A stretch of DNA of 14,786 bases from Piromyces finnis finn (lineage: Eukaryota; Fungi; Neocallimastigomycota). A program made the translations under genes and the position numbers. This document shows positions 1 through 8,776 of this stretch, piece after piece. The stretch covers positions 1 to 14,786 of the forward strand of contig MCFH01000219.1 of NCBI GenBank assembly GCA_002104945.1. The letters run 5' to 3'. How positions within the stretch are numbered: the stretch's first letter is position 1; the number at the start of each line of letters is the position of its first letter. Under the pieces are notes generated by a model. The model was given only the letters and a program-made list of their open reading frames with translations, did no database searches and had not been told where the DNA came from.

Positions 1-2500
1 TGCTTATGGGATAATAAGATGTTGATGGTTCATTATTTTTTTTAGAATATTGTTCTGGATAAGTTGGTGGAGGTTGTAAATTTGTTTTCATCCATCTTTG
101 CTGTATTATAATTGTTAAAAGGATTAAATTTCTATGATCTAATGAAGGATCTATCATGTTTTATCATCACCAATTAAACTATAAGAAGAACCATTAAAAG
201 TGACTGTAAGCTTGTACGAACTGGAGGTGGTAATCCTGAAGATAAAGATTCTAATGAATCATCCGAGTCAACATCATAATTTGGATCAATATCAGGGAAA
301 AAGTTAATTTTTTTAGAATGACGTTTTATTTATAGAATGATCCATTCTTTTTGTTTATTTTCATTGTTATTATAGAATATTATTATTATAATATTATTGT
401 GTTATTATTATTGTTATTATTATTTATTTATTTTGTTGTTTTATTGTTGTTGTTATTATTATATTGTTATTGTTATGGGTATTTTATAATAACTGTTATT
501 TCTACTATTTTACCATTATTGTTATTCATGTTACTTTTTTCATTAGAATAAGGTGTATTTACGGATGAATTTGAATTTTTAGATAATAAAGATTTCAGAG
601 TAATTTGAGATATATTACTTGTTGATAACGATCCAAATCATCATTAATAAAGATGATTTCTTCATCATAATTTAAACTTGGATGTCTTGAATGATTTAAG
701 CTTTGGTAATTAAAATTAGAATTGTGTCGATGATGATTTTATTTGTATTGTCACTATTTTCTTATGAAGGCTTGAGTTTTTTATTAATTCTTTTGGAATT
801 GGTAAAGCTTTATCATAATGTTTTTTCGATAATTTATGACCCTTTTTGCTATTTTATTAACCAAGGTTGTACTTAATTATTGAATTAGAATTTTGGATTT
901 ACCATTACTATGAGATGATGATGATGATGACTACTTTAATTGATTTGACCTATTATTTTCATTACCATTTGTAGGATTTGATGAATTGAGTTAATAATTT
1001 ATTTTCTTTGTCCTTCGATGATTGAACGGTAGCATTACGAACAGGAACAACAATTTTGGTTTATATTGATCTAATTTTTTAAGATTATTTCTTACATTGT
1101 CATTATAGAGATAGTGTGTAACATCTGAATCACTCCATTGAGTTTATCAGATTCCACAGTATTTAAACTGAAATGATTTATTACCAAAAAAAGGTTTTTT
1201 ATTGTATTATTATCATCGATGGAGTAAAGATTGATCTTTATTATCACTTTATAATAATTTTCATTGTTAAAAGAGGTTGTATGAGGATAATTTTATTATA
1301 TGGACTCTTTGTATTTATATTGGTTAATGCTCAGGTATTCATATTGATACTCTGGTTGATCATGATAATTAATTAAATTTTATCATGATGATTTAATGTT
1401 GTTTTGAATTACTTTTTTTTGGATTTTGATTAAGCATAGGGTGTTGAAGGGAAATATTTTTGATTATGGAATCGTAAGGTTTCACAGGAAATCTTCAGCA
1501 TAATTATTTTTTTTAGGTGTACGATTATATTTTGTAGAAGGATGGTAAGAAGAATAACCGCTACTATTGATTTTATTATAGGGATTATTGATTTACTATA
1601 TATAATTAGAATAAGAATTGGATTGGTAATCCTTTCTAAATGGATTTTTTCCATTCATAATAGCCAATTTTATATTTTCTATTGAACCATTCCTTTAAAT
1701 GAATTACACAAAATACAACTAGCATAGAAATGAAAATAAGAATAAAATCAAATAACAAATCCAAATTTCCTAATCCGTTATTTTGCATTTCTGTACAACT
1801 AATATTTTTTACATTCTGAGTCCAAAACTGAGAATTATCGGATAGACAAAGACCACATTATGTTCTAATTGGCAAGAAGTTATAGGAAGCGTAAGCATAA
1901 GATCAGGTATAGTGCCTTCTAAGTGATTACCATAGAGATATAATGTATTTAACATTGTCAAATTTGATATGATTCAGGAATAGATCCTTTCAATTTATTT
2001 CCAGATAAATTTAATTCAATTAAAATTAAGATGACCTATTTCCGTAGGTATTCCGCCGGATATATCATTATTTATTAATACCAAATGTTCTAATTTTTTC
2101 ATTTACCTATAGTATAAGAAAGTTGTTTTATTTTATGTTTGAAAGGTATAACGATTTTAATTCTGATAATTCTCCAAATTGTTCAGGAAAATTATCTGAC
2201 TTAATTTGAAAATCATCATAACCTTGTAACGTAATAGATGTAACTTTTACTTCATTTGTATTACCGTACATTCAACCTTATTTATTATTTCATCATTTCG
2301 TTTTTCCAATCTCAATATCTTTTATTCTCATTGATTGCTGTAGAGTATTCATTGAATGTTCATTCGATAGTTTCTTTTTTTGAATTATTTGAAGAACCCC
2401 ATTGTATATCACAACATATTACCATTCCATATAATATTCATGGAATTTAATTTAAACAAATTATTAATAGGTTCACAGTCTTTGAATACATGATGATAAT
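1..2500 (-). CDS. LRR receptor-like single-pass membrane protein (Cys N-cap, ~4-5 plant-type LRRs, TM helix, long low-complexity tail); frameshifted in this sequence, runs off the left edge, start codon unresolved
   Basis: Manual minus-strand translation across several frameshifts. N-cap KDCEPINNLFKLNSMNIIWNGN-CCDIQW (~2483-2400). LRRs at ~2190-1890: FPEQFGELSELKSLYLSNI..KQLSYTIGK.KKLEHLVLINNDISGGIPTEIGHL..LIELNLSGNKLKGSIPES.SNLTMLNTLYLYGNHLEGTIP, matching LxxLxLxxNxLxGxIPxxxxxL. Cys C-cap SCQLEHN..GLCL..SCT follows. Hydrophobic FGFVILILFLF-ISMLVVFCVI (~1767-1702) is followed by basic KEWFNRKYK. Then an N/S/K/Y/P-rich tail including FPDIDPNYDVDSDDSLESLSSGLPPPVRTS (~295-205) and LQPPPTYPEQY (79-47). 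No introns evident. A possible hydrophobic leader (IILLILSYYLIYYIYIL) lies at ~2535-2590 but has no clear in-frame ATG. Confidence 0.75.
362..476 (-). repeat. Imperfect (AAT/AAC)n tract encoding a poly-Asn region of the LRR protein tail
   Basis: Plus strand reads ttattattgttgttgttatt-type triplets. The track ORF 351..551(+) rich in L/Y/I is the antisense shadow of this tract. Confidence 0.75.
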
Positions 2501-2746
2501 TACTATTTTTTCAATTTTAAAAAATTATTCTTTTTCTTTTAATATATATATATAATATATTAAATAGTATGATAATATTAATAATATTATGTTTTGTCTT
2601 TTTTAAGATTTTATTTACTTTTTAAAAATATGAATATTTACAATAGTTATTAAACTATATATTAATTGAGTCATAAATTTAAAATATATATTTATGAATA
2701 AAAAAAGTTCTTTCGATAGTGTTGTTAAAGTATATTACTTTTTTAT

Positions 2747-2770
2747 AAAAAAAAAAAAAAAAAAAAAAAA
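2747..2770. repeat. Poly(A) tract (A24)
   Basis: Read directly. Exact length is unreliable given the homopolymer errors elsewhere. Confidence 0.9.
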
Positions 2771-3954
2771 AGAACAAAAAAGAATTGGCTATGAAAATTC
2801 TCTTTTTTTATATATATAGGTCTATTATAAAATAATTATTTTATAATACCACAATTTTACTCTTTTATTTTATAATTACTGATATAGCTTTTCTATTTTA
2901 AATAATGAATAATAGTTTAAATTTATTTTAACTTTTTTTTTGTTATATACTATACTGATATATCTTCTTTTAATAATTGAGATAAGAAAAGATATATTAT
3001 TAAATTAATTTGTTTTTTTGTTAAAGTTAATATTGTTAGGTGTATATTTAGATAATAGATAAATTCCCAATTTAATTTATATTGTATATATATATTTATT
3101 TTTAAATATTACTTTTTTTCCTGTTTAGCAATATGATTATTGTTGTATAATAATAATGTAATAGTATAGGTTAATATTATTAATTTAGCAATTTCATTTA
3201 ATAGTGTAACATTTTTTCTTAAAAAAAAAAAAAGTCTTTTATGATATCTCACTTTTCTTTACCTTTTATGTTTTATTCTCTATAATAATTTTTATGATAT
3301 TATTTCATTTTAACATAAAAGCATTTCAATAGATTTTGTAGAAGTAAGATTTTCTACAAATTTTTAATAAAATAACATAAAGAGATGTAAGAGGAATCTT
3401 TAAAAAAAAATTTATTATGGAATAGAATAATCAAAGATTTTTTTTTAATAATTGAAAATTTTAATTAAATTTATATTTTGATTTTAATTTATTACTTTTT
3501 TATTTATTTATTTATTTAGTAGGTATATATAAATGTATTTATATAATATTAAAAATATTAATATCAACTATTAGTTAATAAATGCATAAAAAATATAAAA
3601 TAAAAATAAAAAATATAATTTATTAATATAATATTTAATGAAAAGAATATCTTTTTTTTTTTTAATAGAAAAAAAATACATGAGAAATGAAATCAGAACA
3701 AGAATTTTAATCTTTTTTAATTAAAAAAAAAAAATTAATTTTTTTCTTTTTTTGAAATTTTAAATTAAATTAATACTATTAAAAATATATATGAAGGTTA
3801 ATTAAATTTTTAAATTTTAAATTATAATAAAAAATATTTTTAAATGAAGCTAGGAATTGTTTTTAAAAACTTTCTGCATATTTTGACTTTTAATACTACT
3901 TTCATACTTTTATAAACAAAAATAAAAAGGCATTACTATATATGCATATTAATT

Positions 3955-3992
3955 TTTATTTCTAATAAATTAAGGAATTTATTAGAAATAAA
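3955..3992. repeat. Perfect 17-bp inverted repeat with 4-nt spacer
   Basis: tttatttctaataaatt (3955-3971) - aagg - aatttattagaaataaa (3976-3992). The arms are exact reverse complements. Confidence 0.9.
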
Positions 3993-4789
3993 TACTATAT
4001 CTTTAATATTTAGTACAACTTTTATAGTTATTAATTAATACTATTTTAAATTAAGTTTTTTTTTTATAAAACCGACACATGTTGTTAATAATAATCTTTA
4101 TTTAAATATATGTACTTTTTATATATTAATAAATTATTTAATTAAAAATAATTAAATATATATGTTTATAATTACATATTATTACAATAAATATAATTAA
4201 AAAAAAAAGTTAAAAAATGTTTTCTACCATATAAATATATATTAGGTACTATGCTAAGGCAGTAGTAACTAATAATAAACTATAGTGTATTGTATATATA
4301 CTATATGAAGTAACTCTATTATTACTTTTAATTTTTAAACGATTGTATAAACCTTTTTTCATAAAAGAAAACTTTAATAATGTTTCTTTATATTATAATT
4401 AAATAAAGTAATAAAAAAGAAAACAGATTATTAGATTATTTTTTAAAAGTTACTTTATTATTATGTTTAGGTTATGTAATATTTAGAATTAAAATATAGC
4501 TAATTTTTTTTTCTTTTACTTATAATAATATAATGTAAAATATAAAAAAAATAAACAATAAGAATTTTTTCATTTTACAATTGGTCCTTTTTACTTTATG
4601 AAATTAATATATAATTAACAAAGTAAAAGGCTTTATTTTTTTTTTAAAATTTAAAAGTATAAATACAAAATATTTCAAAAATTCTTCATCATTAAACATT
4701 TATATTAATAATATGTGTATTTTAAGGATATTTCCATAATGTAACAACTTTGTTAATAGATTTTATAATATACTCTTATTATAACTTTG

Positions 4790-4857
4790 TTAATAAATTT
4801 AAAATAAACCCTTTTTTCTTTTTAATAGTTTTTAATAAATTTAAAATAAACCCTTTT
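4790..4857. repeat. 26-bp direct repeat, two copies, period 42
   Basis: ttaataaatttaaaataaaccctttt at 4790-4815 and 4832-4857. Confidence 0.9.
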
Positions 4858-5134
4858 CATATATTATATTTTACCAAAAAAAAAAAAAAAGGCAAATTTT
4901 CTTTTTTTTTAATTACATCCATACCTAAAAATAACACAACAACAACAACACACAACAATGAAAAAAAGATGAATGAATTATATAATTTGAATGCTTTATT
5001 TGCGTTAAATAATTGTTTTTTTTATTTAAGTAATTCTTTATAAAATTATTTTGTGTCTAAATAAAATTAAAACACATTTTGAAATGGTAAATAAGGTGAA
5101 ACTTATTTTATTAAAAATTTTAATTATTTATTAG

Positions 5135-5158
5135 TTTTTTTTTTTTTTTTTTTTTTTT
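5135..5158. repeat. Poly(T) tract (T24)
   Basis: Read directly. Confidence 0.9.
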
Positions 5159-5285
5159 ATAAAAATACGAAATTCATTATAATTAGGTTTATTTTTTGCT
5201 TTTATTTTTTCAAATAAATATACTCGAAAAAGTATATAGAAATATAATACTAGTATTAATAATAAGTATATAAAATATATAGAAA

Positions 5286-6520
5286 ATGAATCAAATTCCA
5301 GGATACTCACTTTACGAATGTATGATATCATTTCATTTGATGTTAAAGAATATTATATCGATGAATAAATAAAGAAAATGGAAAAATTTACAAAACATTA
5401 TCCTTATTTATATGTCTATACAAGCATTGAGAATAAAGAAAATAATTTTTCAGATAATTTATCTTTAAAAACAAATCTTAGAAAAGAATTTATCATTGAA
5501 CGAATGTTTAACAAAAATTATCAAAGTCTCTGAACCAATGATAAAAACTGAAAATATCAATAAAAAGAATTATTTATTATCTTATGGTTATTGGCATAAT
5601 AATAATAATATATATATCTTATTCGGTATAAGTTCATCCCATGCCAAAATTGATTTTAAAGGTTTTTCCTATATATCAACCATCTTCTTAAACAGTTTTG
5701 ACCAAACTATCACAATTTATTCTATGGAAAGTATTTATCTGGCATTAGAAGAAAAAAAATTAATACTACCAAGAAGGAAGAAAGAGAAGTAATAGTTTAA
5801 AAATTTTAATCTTATCAACATCCCTTAAAATTTTATTATGATAAAGTTAGAGAAGATTAGGTTAAAGAATTCAAAAAAAAATACAAAAGATAATACTCTT
5901 GAAAATAATCCTGAAAATATTCCTCATTATTTTTTTTAATCGAAAATAATGACATAAAATAAAAAGAAATGAAATTAATCACTCATTTTGTAAAACTAGT
6001 AAATTGTCTATTAATCTTTATTATCAGTATCTTTTTTAAAAGCTTCTCTAGAATTATTTCAAACTAATTTAAAAGAAGATATTGATATTGTTACTTTTCA
6101 AATTATATTTGATGAAAGAATTGTATTGGCAAAAAATAAAAAATGTGTTGGTATATTCCCTGAAGCCGTCATCCCATATATTTCTTTTGATTTAATCAAA
6201 GAACTTGACGAAACTAATAAAGAAAAAAGTAAAGGTTCATTGATTACCATTGTTGATTGTTTAAAAAAATACATTCAAAAAATTTTTTTACAATTCTGAA
6301 GAATTAAAAAGATTCAGAATATAATACTATTATCAACATGAAAATTATATTCCAATTGATGTTTCTGTAGAGGATCTATTATTGGAAAATTTAATGTTTT
6401 TGAGGATTTAACAGAAACTATGAAAAGTAAAACATTAGATTATTACTTCAATGGCGGAAGTAGAACTCCTTTACTTATAAGGTATACAAATTCATATGTA
6501 CAGTTTATTTGATGGAAGTT
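5286..6520 (+). pseudogene. Intronless degenerate ORF of unknown family (~400 codons), with frameshifts and in-frame TAA/TAG
   Basis: Higher-complexity, higher-GC island. Protein-like blocks can be chained: YDIISFDVKEYYIDE*IKKMEKFTKHYPYLYVYTSIENKENNFSDNLSLKTNLRKEFIIERMFNKNYQ; SEPMIKTENINKKNYLLSYGYWHNNNNIYILFGISSSHAKIDFKGF (track ORF 5496..5792); PNYHNLFYGKYLSGIRRKKINTTKKEEREVIV*KF*SYQHPLKFYYDKVRED*VKEFKKKYK; KASLELFQTNLKEDIDIVTFQIIFDERIVLAKNKKCVGIFPEAVIPYISFDLIKELDETNKEKSKGSLITIVDCLKKYIQK; YNSEELKRFRI*YYYQHENYIPIDVSVED; IGKFNVFEDLTETMKSKTLDYYFNGGSRTPLLIRYTNSYVQF. Family not recognised and boundaries approximate. Confidence 0.6.
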
Positions 6521-8686
6521 GTAATACGTCTTTAAGGTTTTTTCTGCAATGCTTTTATTATCGATTTTTTTTTATTTTTATTTATTCATTTATATTATAT
6601 AATTGTTAAAAGACAAACTTTTATTCCATTCAATAATTATATTCATTCTAATTAAATATGAAAAAGGGTATTGCATTACAAAAAAAAATAGTATATAGAA
6701 CCTTATTAATTCTAATTCTTTTTCAAATCCTTTTCAAAAAAATTTATAAAAATCAATATTAAAATTATCTTTAATACTTTAAATAATTATTACAATAATA
6801 AAAGTAATGCTTAAATTCTTTTCACTAAATATAAAATAAATTATTGTTTTTTATATAATAAATATGTGATTATTATGAAGTTATAAAGTTTTAAACTTAA
6901 ATAATATTGAAATAAATAATATATTTAATTTATATTTCTATATCTTTTTTTTTTATAAAACAGTTTTTATTCTAACTACTATTAACATATTCAGAGTTAT
7001 AATGGAATTGCTATTTTTTACATTTTACATTATTTAAATGATGTATCAATATTGTATACATATTTTATATTTGTATATATTAAATAAATTATAATAATAA
7101 ATAGTATAATGAAAATAAATAAATATTTAAATAAATATATTTGGTAGACAAAAGAAAAAAAACATAATATAATTTCCATTTTAGGATTATCCTTTTAATA
7201 TATATATTAAAAATTTAATTTATTAATTTCATCTTTACATATATTAAATAATTTAAAACTAAAGATTTTTGAAAGTATTAAAGCGGCCTATGTTTATTTA
7301 TTGTTATTATAATAATAAATAATAAAAAAAAAAAAAATAATAATATCAAATTTAATAAGACAAAGATAAATGGATAAAAAGATTCTTTTTTGTTTGATGT
7401 TAATACCTTTTAAAAAAGGTAAATCTAAAAATAAAACAAATATAAAAAATAGGGCATCAAGAAAATCATCATTTAAATAAAAACATCTCATAATTTTTTT
7501 TAAAAAAAAAGTATGTAAACTTAAAATGTGACATGGCAGATGCTTTTAATTTAATTATTTTTTTTACTTATTTATTTTATATTTATTAGATTATTGGAAA
7601 TTATAAATAGTATTATATAAAAAAAATCAAAAAGCAACATCTTTCTCTAAAAATATTTATAGATTTTTTAGAATTAAGATAGTTTAATGATCTTTTCTTT
7701 TTCAAGATAAAAATAAAAGAGAAATTGTTTAAATTCCATTACACTCTAAATTTGTCAAAATATTGTAACATTAACATTAATATTAAAAGTGACATGACAT
7801 TATTACATTTTTCAGATTTTTATTATAAATATTTCACTGAGTTTTTTAAGAAAAATACTACTAATACAAATAATTTGATTAGTGATACTCATTAGTATTG
7901 TGAAATAAATTGATTAATAAATAATTTAATTAACAAAGAGCAAAAGTTACATTGTATATATTACAATTATATAGAGTGAGATTTAAGGTGATGTGACCAT
8001 AGAAAATAAAATAAATTAAATAAAAATAACTATCTCTACAACACGTAGACATTACGTTTACAACACTTTTAATGTATGTTTATATTTTTATAAGAAACCA
8101 CGTGCATACATAATATATGATATGACATAGATAAATAAAAATATGTATCCATAAATTTTCACTATAATAAAAACTTATTTTTAAAATAAAATTTTTGTAT
8201 TTTGTGTTACCTTCCGACCATCCATTATTTTTTTAAACCAAACTTGAATTACATTTTATTGAAAGTATTATCCAATAATATTGTGATATTTATTTAAATG
8301 TAATTTTAATGTAGTGATAATTTATGTGTGAAAAGTTTAATACATAAATAAATAGAAAATTCATAATAAAATTTAGTAGTGGAGATATAAAATAAAATAA
8401 TAATATATTAATATTAGAATGTAGTAAACTATATAAACATAATTAAGTTTTAAATATAATGATATTATTACCTTTTTAATGAATCTTGTAAGAATTTAAT
8501 ATAAAAAGTTACCATATAAATAAATTATTAATTATATATAGCCAATTAAAATAAAAACTATTGATATAAATATTAGTTTAATTTATTATACATTAAATAA
8601 TGGAAAAAATATTACAAATTTAATTTAATTTCCACTACCTGTATATTATTAAATTTTAGAATAATATACTTTATATTATTTAATAG

Positions 8687-8757
<71 letters not shown>

Positions 8758-8776
8758 ATGGATAAATAAATAAATA
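8687..8776. repeat. Tetranucleotide microsatellite (TAAA)18-TGGA-(TAAA)3
   Basis: 18 perfect units at 8687-8758, interruption tgga at 8759-8762, then three more units. Confidence 0.95.

Noticed and set aside
351-2450. Track ORFs 351..551(+), 1173..1376(+), 2256..2450(+) and 1430..1654(-) as independent genes
   Set aside because: The plus-strand ORFs are antisense shadows of the LRR gene. The minus-strand one appears to be mostly an off-frame reading of its tail, where the neighbouring frame gives N/S/Y-rich sequence matching the rest of the tail.
3335-3360. 9-bp hairpin tttgtagaa / ttctacaaa resembling the TCTAC/GTAGA stem of Cas12a repeats
   Set aside because: Single copy, arms in the opposite order, no spacers or cas genes, and a eukaryotic context.
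4806-4854. TAAACCCT (also CCCTAAAC at ~9938) as telomere-like or telo-box motifs
   Set aside because: Isolated single units. Two of them are simply the two copies of the 26-bp duplication.
4750-5331. Track ORFs 4750..5043(+) and 5131..5331(-)
   Set aside because: Low-complexity F/K/N/I translations of homopolymers and local repeats. The second is partly antisense to the orphan ORF start.
5610-6120. YILFGISSSHAK and FQIIFDE as Walker A and B motifs of an NTPase in the orphan ORF
   Set aside because: The first does not fit GxxxxGK[ST] spacing or residues, and hhhhDE alone is too common to support a call.
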